In this document: positions 1-12,900 of the stretch, one piece after another
Layout of the letters: each line of letters begins with the position of its first letter
How positions within the stretch are numbered: the stretch's first letter is position 1
DNA from: Eledone cirrhosa
Taxonomy: Eukaryota
Length of the DNA: 64,000 nucleotides
Assembly (NCBI GenBank): GCA_964016885.1
Contig: OZ024748.1
Span: forward strand, 1 to 64,000
Direction of reading: 5' to 3'
Notes under the pieces: model-generated
What the model was told of the DNA's origin: nothing
The model's database searches: none
What the model saw: only the letters and a program-made list of their open reading frames with translations
Position numbers and translations under genes: made by a program

Positions 1-331
1 GCTTCTCTCATCTGTTATGCTTGCACTTCATTGATTTTCACTGGAACTACTCTTTCTGTTTATTTTCGGGGATGTCTTTTCTACCCACTGCATTCTTCAC
101 TACATCATGCAAATTTTCCACAGCTGCTCCACATCGGTCAAATTTTCAATCTTAATTCGGCACAATTTCAACATCTTTTGCCTGCATCACACTGTATTCT
201 GTGAATTAGTTTTTCTTCGTTTCCTATTCTTATATTGCAAAAACATATCCATAAAAGTGCGAGATAATATAGCGAGTGTTCATAGATTTTGCTTATCTAC
301 ATTATTCTCACTCGCAAGCTACTTGACAACA
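1..331 (-). mobile_element. Inverted-repeat element type A (left part outside window), putative non-autonomous Ginger-like DNA transposon
   Basis: Homologous to 13940-14504; right end ...ACA. Confidence 0.55.
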
Positions 332-398
332 TATCCATTCATGGATGCGTGTACTTGTATATCGTAATTTAGATGTCTAGTCTTCAACAGACGCTTAC

Positions 399-453
399 CA
401 ATGACCAAGACAACCAGCCTTGACAATTCAGTTTTATCAAACTAAATTTCCTG
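399..453 (-). other. Candidate spliced exon repeated in array 1 (also 14564-14621; donor mutated in units 2 and 3)
   Basis: Minus strand: ttgtttcccttcttAG/cAG acceptor ... TG|GTAAGC donor. Confidence 0.35.
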
Positions 454-889
454 CTAAGAAGGGAAACAACTCGTAATTTTATTAAAATATCCAAGAGTAA
501 ACTCCCTTTGCTAATTGAAATATTGCATATACATTTGTAGACGTATAAACACAAAAACACTACACACATGTGTACGTGTATACATACACAGACATATGTA
601 CACATACATGACAATATACTACACCCCCACGACTTACAGCCGGAACTTGCAACACCTACATCACAACTAAAGCGCAACTATTTCAACGCTAGAAACTTAT
701 CGCAGCTACAACTAATAATGTCAGAGTAAAAAGAAATAAAAAAATTAAGCTTTTTAATCAAACGAGTCTTAGGAAATATATAAAATATAACTGGTGGCAA
801 TGTAATCCATCTTAGCAATTAATTTTTTTGACATACAACTCCTTTGGTAGGTTACCATGATCTGTCATCTGGTGGTGCCTAACCAAACT

Positions 890-1697
890 AGGTGGTGAGG
901 GCCGTATAGGCTTTGTACAGAGGTGCTGTCAGTAACAGATGCGTTTAAAACTGGCTGTCCGTGACGATCTGGTTCTTATAGCAGAATCAGTAAACAAGCT
1001 AGAGAAGAAATCCTGTCTATGGAAACTAGTTGGAAGCAAGAGGACAATAAAAATATAGAAAAGAGAACATGCTCACTATGTTGAAAAGGCGTTGGGATAA
1101 ATTATATAAAATATACGCAATGCACATCTGGGGTACTCAACATATGTAGTGGGATAGCAAGCAAACAGGTAGTGAAAACTACCTGTACAGAGAAATTTCA
1201 CAGTAAATGTGACAGTGATAGAAACAGTTTTCAAATGAAGGTGGGTTCTATACAAGTGGTTCGTACCTTCCGCTACATAGATGAGCAGATTAGAAAGAGA
1301 GGAGGCTACTACGAGGCCAGAGTATCTACAATAAAGATGGGTTGGAAGAAGTGAGACATGGCCAGCAATTGCAGAGAATATGCCAAGGCTGGCAAAGAAA
1401 TGAAGGAAGCATGCTCCGACGACCGAGCAGAGATGAGTTGAGAGAGAAAATGGGTATGAGTTATGTGCAGGAGTGAAGAATAAGATGGTTTGCTGGGTAA
1501 ACATGTGCCAAGAAATTCCAGTAGAAGGAAGACGCAGTAGAGGAAGACTAGGAAAAACATATACGGCGGTGGTGAGAGCAGACCTCAAATCGCTAACGAT
1601 CACCAACGAGGTGACCAACGGCCGGTATAAGTGGAGAGGCGGTGCTCAATAGTACATGTCCCACACTTGAAAGCGAACGTATGATCATGAAGATGAC
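890..1697 (+). mobile_element. RTE-clade LINE family A, decayed 3' half (RT C-terminus, Cys-rich finger, TGA-repeat tail); copies ~5960-6727, ~10115-10828, ~15190-15957
   Basis: Decayed motifs ALYRGAVS, CSLC.KGVGIN..KYTQC, ETWPA, RRRGRLGKT, ending atgatgatgac. Confidence 0.85.
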
Positions 1698-1705
1698 TGT
1701 GCAAA

Positions 1706-2255
1706 TGTTTCATTATTTCTGCATAGAAAGTAATATACATCATCTTCAACAAACGCTATATTGTCTTTAGCTTTCAACAATACCATTTCGCAATAAAACA
1801 TGAAATAAGAACAAACTGATTCTCTAATATTTAATAATATATTGGCATCTGCTTCGCTGCTTAACTCCGACTGCTGGGCCTGCATTCTTGTCTCGTCTGT
1901 TATGCTTGCACTTTGTTGCTTTTCACAGGAACAATCAACAACTACTCTTTCTAACTCTTAAAACCTTGCTCTAGCTTCAAATGTTCACTCTCGGGGATGT
2001 CTTTCCTACGGACTGCATTCTTCACTCTTTTCGAAACATCTTTCCAGTTTCTTCACATCGGTCAAATCTTCAATCTTCAATCTGCACAATTTCCACTTCT
2101 TTTCACATCTAGGTCTTTCTATTCTATACATCAGTTAGTCTTAGTTTCAAGTTCTTATATTGTAAAATAATATCTTTCAACATGGGAGACAATATAGCAC
2201 TTGTTGCTGAAGATAGACTTATCTATATTATTCTCTCTCCAGCTACCAGTTAACA
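1706..2255 (-). mobile_element. Inverted-repeat element type B, TGTT...AACA termini, putative non-autonomous Ginger2-like transposon; copies 6734-7285, 10838-11401, 15965-16518
   Basis: ~100-bp imperfect TIRs (left tcttcaacaaacgctatattgtc vs reverse complement of right tcttcagcaacaagtgctatattgtc); decayed EQGFKS..CSC..CKHNR..NAG motif inside. Confidence 0.6.
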
Positions 2256-2319
2256 TATCCATGCATAATATTTGCCTGTGTGTATATTTGAGAAAAGGAT
2301 AATGATAAAAAGATATATA

Positions 2320-3240
2320 CATGGATGAGGAGAGTCACTTGGTGGTAGAACAATATGGTAGATGAGGCAGTTAAGGCTAAGAGACAGGCATGGAAAGAAT
2401 GGAAAAACAGGGCACATTACAGAGAGACCAGGAGCAAAGCTAGGCGACAAGTATACTTAGCTAGAAGGAAGGTAGAGGATAGGAATTTCAAGCATGTTTT
2501 GCAACACGAGGAAAAGAAACAGGTGTTCCAGAGAGAATTGTGATGTCATTGGACAAAAGTGCTGAGAAGATGCGTGGAAGAGCCAGTATGAAAGATTACT
2601 AAATGAGGAGAATGTATGGGAAAAAGATACCATACCCAAAGTGAACCCTATAGAGGGGCTAGCAGAACAAGTCAGCAGCAATGTAGTATGGCAATCATAG
2701 ATATGAAGACGGGGAAGGCAACCGGTCCATCGGGTATAGCTGCCGAGATGCTCAAGGCATCTGGGTCGGTAGATCAGACCATAACCACAAGTAATGTTAA
2801 CTAGATAATACTAAACGATTCGTGCAGCAGCATCATGGTCAACTGATACAAAGGTAAAGGTGATGCACTAGATAGAGGAAACTAGAGAGGTATAAAGCTG
2901 ATGGACCACCAGATCATGAAAGTAACGTAAAGAGTTATAGCACAGTTGATTAGTACCTAGCTAAAAGTAAGCCTCTCTACCTGGCATTTGTCGAAATGGA
3001 AAAAGCCTTCGACAGAGTCCACCATGCTATAATCTGGTGAGCTCTTAGAAAATTTGAAGTAGATGAATAGCTTATGAGGGCTGTACCAAGCCATGTATAT
3101 AGAAACAGTCAGCAAAGTTAGGGTTATCAATGACTATAGCGAGGAATTTAGCATGCAGGTCCGTGTACACCAGGGCTGTTCTTAGCCCTCTCCTTTTTAT
3201 CATAGTCCTGCAGGCAATAACAGGAATTTAAAACCGGATA
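2320..3240 (+). mobile_element. RTE-clade LINE family A, linker + reverse transcriptase pseudogene; copies ~7350-8410, ~11475-12465, ~16585-17557
   Basis: DEAVKAKRQAWKEW, KTGKATGPSGIAAEMLK, KGKGDALDRGNYRGIKL, RQLQEKYLAK..LYLAFVEMEKAFDRV, VGVHQG; many stops and frameshifts. Confidence 0.93.
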
Positions 3241-3241
3241 T

Positions 3242-4640
3242 CAGATTATAGTCCTACCAAGGGAGACAGTGATGTGAATGCGGAGGAATTTCATGAGGAG
3301 ATGTGTAGAGCTGTCAACACCACACAAGCTCAAAACATCATTCTTCTGAGGGACTTCTATGCACATCTGAGTAAGGAGAGTAGAGAAGATCCGCGCTGGT
3401 AATTCCCTAACACCAACAGAAATGGAAGACTACCGACAGACGCCATGCTGGATGCAAACTTGATGGCAACCAACCTAACGTTAAGGGAGAATCAAGAAAA
3501 GATGTGGACCAAGACCTAGATTGATTTCTTTCTGGTGAGGAAAAAGCAGCGCAATAGTGTTCTCAACACAGAACCATACAACTATTTCAGTACACTGGGA
3601 CAGTGGACACATGCTTGTTATGAGTGAGGTCCGAGTGAGCTTAAGAAAGAGCAAGGCTACACCAACAGTATAATCTATGACTGGGGAACGTTCAATGAAC
3701 ATAAGCTACAGAAGAGGTTCACAGGAGAAGTGAGCAACAGGTTCAGTGCTCTATGTAGAGAGTTTGACAAAGAGGTACAGGTACTTGAACAATGCAGTAG
3801 CAAGTGAGACACTGATGCTGAGGAGAAAGAAGAGGAAGCATGTCAGTTCTGCAGACCCAAAGGTGTGTGCAGCCTGCCAAGGACCAATTCTGTGCTGATC
3901 CTATGGAGAGGATGGACACAGTGGAGGTGATGAGGGAAGCACTCTGTACCGCTTACACTGACGCCAGAGAGGAGGCACTAAAGTGTTAAGAGAACGGTTG
4001 ACAGTTGGATGATCAACGAGATCACATGGAGGAAGAGTCAGATCAAGGAAACAGATCCAGAGGATAGGAAAAAGGAAATGGCTGGACCATTTTAGAACAC
4101 AACTATGAGATGCCCTCCACAGCCAAGAACACTGGGCAGATCAGGTGGCTGTTACAAAAACTGCATATTGAGACAGGACCCTTTGCCAGAGAGGAGCTTC
4201 AGAGAGCAAAAAAAGAAGATAATGGAGGGCAAGGCCCATGGAGAAAATCGAGTGGCTACAGGTCATGTAAGAGTTGTGATTTTCAGTTCTGGAGAAACGA
4301 GTTGCCCTGAACCAGTGGACGATCAGTAACTTCGTGCCACTGCCAAAGAAGGCAGATCTCTCTAACACCAACTACAGGGGAACCTCACTTGTGGCAAACA
4401 CCCTCAACAGGGTGTGATTCTTAAGAGAATCCAGCCCTACATGGACAAAAAGCTCAAACAACCACAACAGCTTCAGAGATAAAGATCAACCAACGGTCAC
4501 ATCTTGATGAAGATATTTGAGCAAATTGCCTATAATTCTGACGATCGTCACTGCCTGATCAAGATTTTTGTGGAATACAAAAGTATCACTGCTCTACACG
4601 AACACTAAAGCCAAAGTCATTACACCCGAGTGCTCCAAGG
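3242..4640 (+). mobile_element. Second LINE family (RTE-like): APE endonuclease + RT N-terminus pseudogene; copies ~8412-8985 (deleted), ~12468-13730, ~17560-19020
   Basis: YSPT...ILLRDFYAH...NRNGRL...DFFLVRK (APE); FVPLPKKADLS..NNYRGTSLVAKTLNRMILKRI (RT). Confidence 0.85.
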
Positions 4641-4855
4641 AGCTACACCCATTGTTCAGTGGCTAAATACAGTCAAAGAAAAATATCAAAATTGCTCTTC
4701 TTTCTCAGAGAGTTAAGTCAGCGAAGGTAACACACCACTAACAAAATCCCCTCCTACAAAAATGGTCAATGACCAATCCAGCAGATAAACAATTATATTA
4801 AGAAAAAAAAATTTCTTTTTAAACAAAGGACAATTAAATATTTACTGTTGAATGT

Positions 4856-5397
4856 CTGTGGGCTTATGTAGGGTCGGGCATCTCATAAATTCAGTATTTA
4901 CGCAGAGTAATATAGATAAAAATACATCAACGACAAACACTATAGTCTCGCATTTTAAAGGATTCGCTTTTGCAATAGAACAGGGAATCAATAAACTATC
5001 TGATTCAATAATATTTTATATTATATTGGCAGCGAACTCCAACTGCTGGGCCTGCATTCTTCTGTCTCGTCTGTTATGCTTGTACTTCATTGATTTTCAC
5101 TGCAACAATCACCAATTACTCTTGTTTATTCTCGGGGATGTCTTTTCTACCCACTGCATTCTTCACTACATCATGCAAATTTTCCACAGCTGCTCCACAG
5201 CTGTCAAATTTTCAATCTTAATTCGGCACAATTTCAACATCTTTTGCCTGCATCACACAGTATTCAGTCAATTAGTTTTTCTTCGTTTCCTATTCTTATA
5301 TTGCAAAAACATATCCATAAAAGTGCGAGATAATATAGCGAGTGTTCATAGATTTTGCTTATCTACATTATAATCACTCGACAGCTCCTTGGCAACA
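4856..5397 (-). mobile_element. Inverted-repeat element type A; copies 9191-9460 (internally deleted), 13940-14504, 19235-19740
   Basis: TIR pair in the 13940 copy: ctatattgtctcgcactttaaaggattcgcttttgcaata vs RC ctatattatctcgcacttttatggatatgtttttgcaata; interior homologous to type B. Confidence 0.6.
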
Positions 5398-8300
5398 TAT
5401 CCATGCATGGATGTGTGTACTTATATATCGTAATTTAGATGTCTAGTCTTCAGCAGACACTTAGCACTGACCGAGACAACCAGCCTTGACAATTCAGTTT
5501 TATCAAACAACTAAATTTCCTGCTAACAGGGGAAACAACTCTTATTTTTATTAAAAAATTCAAACAGTAATCTCCCTTTGCTAATTGAAATATTGCATAT
5601 ACATTTGTAGACGTATAAACACAAAAACACTACACACATGTGTACGTGTATACATACACAGACATATGTACACATACATGACAATATACTACACCCCCAC
5701 GACTTACAGCCGGAACTTGCAACACCTACATCACAACTAAAGCGCAACTATTTCAACGCTGGCAATCTAGCTAAACTTATAAGAGCTACAACTAATAGTA
5801 AAAAGAAATAAAAATTAAGCTTTTTAATCAAACGAGTCTTAGGAAATATATAAAATATAACCATCTTAGCAATTAATTTTGTTGACAGACAACTCCTTTG
5901 GTAGGGTACCATGATCTGTCATCTGGTGGTGCCTAACCAAACTAGGTGTTGGGGAATGTCTTGTGAGGGCAGTGCAGGCTTTGTACAGAGGTGCTGTCAG
6001 TAACAGATGCGTTTAAAACTAGCTGTCCATGACGATCTGGTTCTTATAGCAGAATCAGTAAAGAAGCTAAAGAAGAAATGCTGTCTATGGAAACAGTAGT
6101 TGGAAGCAAGAGGACAGAATAAAAACATAGAAAAGAGGACATGCTCCCTATGTTGAAAAATAGTTGGGATAAATTCTATAAAATATACACTATGCACATG
6201 TGGGGTACTCAACATATGTAGTGGGATAGCAAGCAAACAGGTAGTGAAAACTACATGTACAGAGAAATTACACAGTAGAAGTGACAGTGATAGAAACAGT
6301 TTTCAAATGAAGGTGGGTTCTATACAGTTGAGCAGATTAGAAAGAGAGGAGGCTACTACGAGGCCATAATATCTACAATAAGGATGGGTTGGAAGAAGTG
6401 AGACATGGCCAGCAATTGCAGAGAATATGCCAAGGCTGGCAAAGAAATGAAGGAAGCATGCTCCGACGACCGAGCAGAGATGAGTTGAGAGAGAAAATGG
6501 GTATGAGTTATGTGCAGGAGAGAAGAATAAGATGGTTTGCTGGGTAAACATGTGCCAAGTAATTCGAGTAGAAGACAGACTAGGAAAAACATAGACAGGG
6601 TGGTGAGAGCAGACCTCAAATCGCTAACAATCACCAACGAGGTGAACAACGACCGGTATAAGCCGAAAGAGGCGGTGCTCAATAGTACATGTCCCACACT
6701 TGAGAGCGAACGTATGATGATGATGACTGCAAATGTTTCCTTATTTCTGCATAGAAAGTAATATACATCATCTTCAACAAACGCTATATTGTCTTTAGCT
6801 TTCAACAATACCATTTCGCAATAAAACATGAAATAAGAACAAACTGATTCTCTAATATTTAATATTATATTGGCATCTGCTTCGCTGCTTAACTCCGACT
6901 GCTGGGTCTGCATTCTTGTCTGTTATGCTTCCACTTCATTGCTTTTCAAAGGAACAATCAACAACTACTCTTTCTAACTCTTAAAACCTTGCTCTAGCTT
7001 CAAATGTTCACTCTCGGGGATGTCTTTCCTACGGTCTGCATTCTTCACGCTTTTCGACACATCTTTCCAGTTTCTTCACATCGGTCAAATCTTCAATCTT
7101 CAATCTGCACAATTTCCACTTCTTTTCACATCTAGGTCTTTCTATTCTATACATCAGTTAGTCTTAGTTTCAAGTTCTTATATTGTAAAATAATATCTTT
7201 CAACATGGGAGACAATATAGCACTTGTTGCTGAAGATAGATTTTTATCATCTATATTATTCTCACTCTCCAGCTACCAGTTAACATATCCATGCATAATA
7301 TTTGCATGTGTGTATATTTGAGAAAAGGATAATGATAAAAAGATATATACATGGATTAGGAGAGTCACTTGGTGGTAGAACAATATGGTAGATGAGGCAA
7401 TTAAGGCTAAGAGACAGGCATGGAAAGAATGGAAAAACAGGGCACATTACATAGAGACCAGGAGCGAAGCTAGGCGACAAGTATACTTAGCTAGAAGGGA
7501 GGTAGAGGATAGGAATTTCAAGCATGTTTTGCAACACGAGGAACAGAAACAGTTGTTCCAGATTACGAGGCAGTGTTTCAGAGAGAATTGTGATGTCATT
7601 GGACAAAAGTGTATCCAGAATGATAAAAGTCAGCTTGCACTCACAAGTGCTGAGAAGATGCGTGGAAGAGCCAGTATGAAATATTACTAAATGAGGAGAA
7701 TGTATGGGAAAAAGATACCATACCCAAAGTGAACCCTATAGAGGGGCTAGCAGAACAAGTCAGCAGCAATGTAGTATGGCAATCAAAGATATGAAGACGG
7801 GGAAGGCAACCAGTCTATCGGGTATAGCTGCCGAGATGCTCAAGGCATCTGGGTCGGTAGATCAGACCATAACCACACGTATTGTTAACTAGGTAATACT
7901 AAAGGGCGTCGTACCAAACGATTCGTGCAGCAGCATCATGGTCAACTGATACAAAGGTAAAAGTGATGCACTAGATAGAGGAAACTAGAGGTATAAAGCT
8001 GATGGACCAGGTCATGAAAGTAACAAAGAGTTGATTAGGAACAGGGTGAAACTACATGATATGCAATTGGGCTTTGTACCAGGAAAAGTCACCATCCATG
8101 TCCTCACCTTTGTGAGGCAGTTACAGGAAAAGTACCTAGCTAAAAGTAAGCCGCTCTACCTGGCATTTGTCGAAATGGAAAAAGCCTTCGACAGAGTCCA
8201 CCATGCTATAATCTGGTGGGCTCTTAGAAAATTTGAAGTAGATGAATAGCTTATGAGGGCTGTACAAGCCATGTATAAAGAAACAATCAGCAGTTATCAA

Positions 8301-9730
8301 TGACTAGAGCGAGGAATTTAGCATGCAGGTCGGTGTACACCAGGGCTGTTCTTAGCCCTCTCCTTTTTATCATAGTCCTGCAGGCAATAACAAGAATTTA
8401 AAACCGGATGTCAGATTATAGTCTAGACCATTTTAGTAGACAACTATGAAATGCCCTCCACAGCCAAGAACACTGGGCAGATCAGGTGGCCGTTACAAAA
8501 ACTGCATATTGAGACAGGACCCTTTGCCAGAGGAGCTTCAGAGAGCAAAAAAAGATAAAGGAGGGCAAGGCCCATGGAGAAAATCGAGTGGCTACAGGTC
8601 ATGTAGAGTTGTGATTTTCAGTTCTGGAGAAACGAGTTGCCCTGAACCAGTGGACGATCAGTAACTTCGTGCCACTGCCAAAGAAGGCAGATCTCTCTAA
8701 CACCAACTACAGGGGGACCTCACTTGTGGCAAAGACCCTCAACAGGGTGTGATTCTTAAGAGAATCCAGCCCTACATGGACAAAAAGCTCAAACAACCAC
8801 AACAGCTTCACAGATAAAGATCAACCAACGGTCACATCCTGATGAAGATATTTGAAGGAGCTAAAGCAAATTGCCTATAATTCTGACTATCGTCACTGCC
8901 TGATCAAGATTTTTGTGGAATACAAAAGTATCACTGCTCTACACGAACACTAAAGCCAAAGTCATTACACCCGAGTGCTCCAAGGAGCTACACCCATTGT
9001 TCAGTGGCTAAATACAGTTAAAGAAAAATATAATTGCTTTTCTTTCTCAGAGTTAAGTCAGCGAAGGTAACGCACCACTAACAAAATCCCCTCCTACAAA
9101 AATGGTCAATAACCAATCCAGCAGATAAACGTAATTATATTAAGAAAAAAATTTCTTTTTAACAAAGGACAATTTTTACTGTTGAAGGCCTGTTTGTGGG
9201 CTTATGTAGGGTCGGGCATCTCATAAATTCAGTATTTACGCAGAGTAATATAGATAAAAATACATCAACGACAAACACTATAGTCTCGCACTTTAAAGAA
9301 TTCGCTTTTGCAATAAAACAGGGAATCAATAAACTATCCGATTCAATAATATTTTATATTATATTGGCATCTGCTTGGCAGCGAACTCAAACTGCTGGGC
9401 CTGCATTCTTCTCTCTCGTCTGTTATGCTTGTACTTCATTGATTTTCACTGCAACAATCACCAGACACTTAGCACTGACCGAGACAACCAGCCTTGACAA
9501 TTGAGTTTTATCAAATAACTAAATTTCCTGCTAAGAGGGGAAACAACTCGTAATTTTATTAAAATATCCAAGAGTAAACTCCCTTTCCTAATTGAAATAT
9601 GGCATAAACATTTGTAGACGTATAAACACAAAAACACTATACATAATAACATGTGTACGTGTATACATACATAGACATATACTATTTCAACGCTGGCAAT
9701 CTAGCTAAACTTATAGCTACAACTAATAAT

Positions 9731-9916
9731 TGTTTCTACTTTTGGCACAAGGCCAGCAATTAACCAGTACATTACTGGTACTTTATTTTATCCACCCCGT
9801 AAGGATGAAGGGCAAAGTTAACCTCGACGGGATTTGGACTCGGATCGTAAAGGGACGTAATTCTTTGCGTCAAAGCATGGCGTCCGACCCTCCACCGATA
9901 CTGCCAACCCACCGCC
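9731..9916 (-). mobile_element. tRNA-derived SINE with 16-17 bp TSD
   Basis: A box TGGCAGTATCGG, degenerate B box; flanked by (t)agctacaactaataat on both sides; empty site at ~704-719 in unit 1. Confidence 0.9.
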
Positions 9917-12900
9917 TAGCTACAACTAATAATGTCAGTAAAAATAAAAATTAAGCTTTTTAATCAAAAGAGTCTTAGGAAATATATAAAATATAACCGG
10001 TGGCAATGTAATCCATCTTAGCAATTAAATTAATTTTGTTGACAGACAAGTCCTTTGGTAGGGTACCATGATCTGTCATCTGGTGGTGCCTAACCAAACT
10101 AGGTGTTGGGGAATGTCTTGTGAGGGCAGTGCAGGCTTTGTACAGAGGTGCTGTCAGTAACAGATGCGTTTAAAACTGCTATAAGAACCAGATCGTCATG
10201 GACAGCCAGATAAATTCTATAAAATATACGCAATGCACCACATCTGGGGTACTCAACATATGTAGTGGGATAGCAAGCAAACAGGTAGTTAAAACTACCT
10301 GTACAGAGAAATTTCACAGTAGAAGTACCAGTGATAGAAACAGTTTTCAAATGAAGGTGGGTTCTATACAAGTGGTTCGTACCTTCCGCTACATAGATGA
10401 GCAGATTAGAAAGAGAGGAGTCTACTACGAGGCCACAGTATCTACAATAAAGATGAGTTGGAAGAAGTGAGACATGGCCAGCAATTCCAGAGAATATGCC
10501 AAGGCTGGCAAAGAAATGAAGGAAGCATGCTCCGTTAGATGTTCGTCAACCATCGAGCAGAGATGAGTTGAGAGAGAAAATGGGTATGAGTTGTGGAGTG
10601 CTGGAGAGAAGAATAAGATGGTTTGCTGGGGAAACATGTGCCAAGAAATGCCAGTAGAAGGAAGACGCAGTAAAGGAAGACTAGGAAAAACATAGCGATT
10701 TGAGGTCTGCTCTCACCACCCCCGTCTAACGATCACCAACGTGGTGACCAACGACCAGTATAAGCCGAGAGAGGCGGTGCCCAATAGTACATGTCCCACA
10801 CTTGAAAGCGAACGTATGATGATGATGACTGTGCAAATGTTTCCTTATTTCTGCATAAAAAGTAATATACATAAACAAAGTAGATCATCTTCAACAAACA
10901 CTATATTGTCTTTAGCTTTCAACAATACCATTTAGCAATAAAATATGAAATAAGAACAAACTGATTCTCTAATATTTAATAATATATTGGCATCTGCTTC
11001 GCTGCTTAACTCCGACTGCTGGGCCTGCATTCTTGTCTCGTCTGTTATGCTTGCACTTCGTTGCTTTTCAAAGGAACAATCAACAACTACTCTTTCTAAC
11101 TCTTAAAACCTTGCTCTAGCTTCAAATGTTCACTCTCGGGGATGTCTTTCCTACGGACTGCATTCTTCACTCTTTTCGACACATCTTTCCAGTTTCTTCA
11201 CATCGGGTCAAATCTTCAATCTTCAATCTGCACAATTTCCACTTCTTTTCACATCTAGGTCTTTCTATTCTATACATCAGTTAGTCTTAGTTTCAAGTTC
11301 TTATATTGTAAAATAATATCTTTCAACATGGGAGACAATATAGCACTTGTTGCTGAAGATAGACTTATCTATATTATTCTCTCTCCAGCTACCAGTTAAC
11401 ATATCCATGCATAAGATTTGCCTGTGTGTCGTTATGTGTGGATATTTGAGAAAAAGATGATAAAAACATATATACATGGATGAGGAGAGTGACTTGGTGG
11501 TAGAACAATATGGTAGATGAGGCAGTTAAGGCTAAGAGACAGGCATGGAAAGAATGGAAAAACAGGGCACATTACAGAGAGACCAGGAGCAAAGCTAGGC
11601 GACAAGTATACTTAGCTAGAAGGAAGGTAGAGGATAGGAAATTCAAGCATGTTTTGCAACACGAGGAAAAGAAACAGGTGTTCCAGAGTGAATTGTGATG
11701 TCATTGGACAAAAGTGTATCCAGAATGATAAAGGTCAGCTTGCACTCACAAGTGCTGAGAAGATGCGTGGAAGAGCCAGTATGAAAGATTACTAAATGAG
11801 GAGAATGTATGGGAAAAAGATACCATACCCAAAGTGAACCCTATAGAGGGGCTAGCAGAACAAGTCAGCAGCAATGTAGTATGGCAATCATAGATATGAA
11901 GACGGGGAAGGCAACCGGTCCATCGGGTATAGCTGCCGAGATGCTCAAGGCATCTGGGTCGGTAGATCAGACCATAACCACACGTATTGTTAACTAGATA
12001 ATACTAAAGGGCGTCGTACCAAACGATTCGTGCAGCAGCATCATGGTCAACTGATACAAAGGTAAAGGTGATGCACTAGATAGAGGAAACTATAGAGGTA
12101 TAAAGCTGATGGACCAGGTCATGAAAGTAACAGAGTTAGAGCACAGTTGATTAGGAACACGGTGAAACTACATGATATGCAATTGTGCTTTGTACCAGGA
12201 AAAGGCACCACTCATGTCCTCACTTTTGTGACGCAGTTACAGGAAAAGTACCTAGCTAAAAGTAAGCAACTCTACCTGGCATTTGTCGAAATGGAAAAGG
12301 CCTTCGACAGAGTCCACCATGCTATAATCTGGTGAGCTCTTAGAAAATTTGAAGTAGATGAATAGCTTATGAGGGCTGTACCAAGCCATGTATAAAGAAA
12401 CAATCAGCAAAGTTAGGGTTATCAATGACTAGAGCGAGTAATTTAGCATGCAGGTCCGTGTCCTGCCAGTGCAAACTTGATGGCAACCAACCTAACGTTA
12501 AGGGAGAATCCAGAAAAGATGTGGACCAAGACCTAGATTGATTTCTTTCTGGTGAGGAAAAAGCAGCGCAATAGTGTTCTCAACACAGAACCATACAACT
12601 ATTTCAGTACACTGTGACAGTGGACACATGCTTGTTATGAGTGAGGTCCGAGTGAGCTTAAGAAAGAGCAAGGCTACACCAACAGTATAATCTATGACTG
12701 GGGAACGTTCAAGGAACATAAGCTACAGAAGAGGTTCACAGGAGAAGTGAGCAACAGGTTCAGTGCTCTGTGTGGAGAGTTTAACAAAGAGGTACGGCTA
12801 CTTGAACAATGCAGTAGCAGAAGCAAGTGAGACACTGATGCTGAGGAGAAAGAAGAGGAAGCATGTCAGTTCTGCAGACCAGAAAGTGTGTGCAGCCTGC

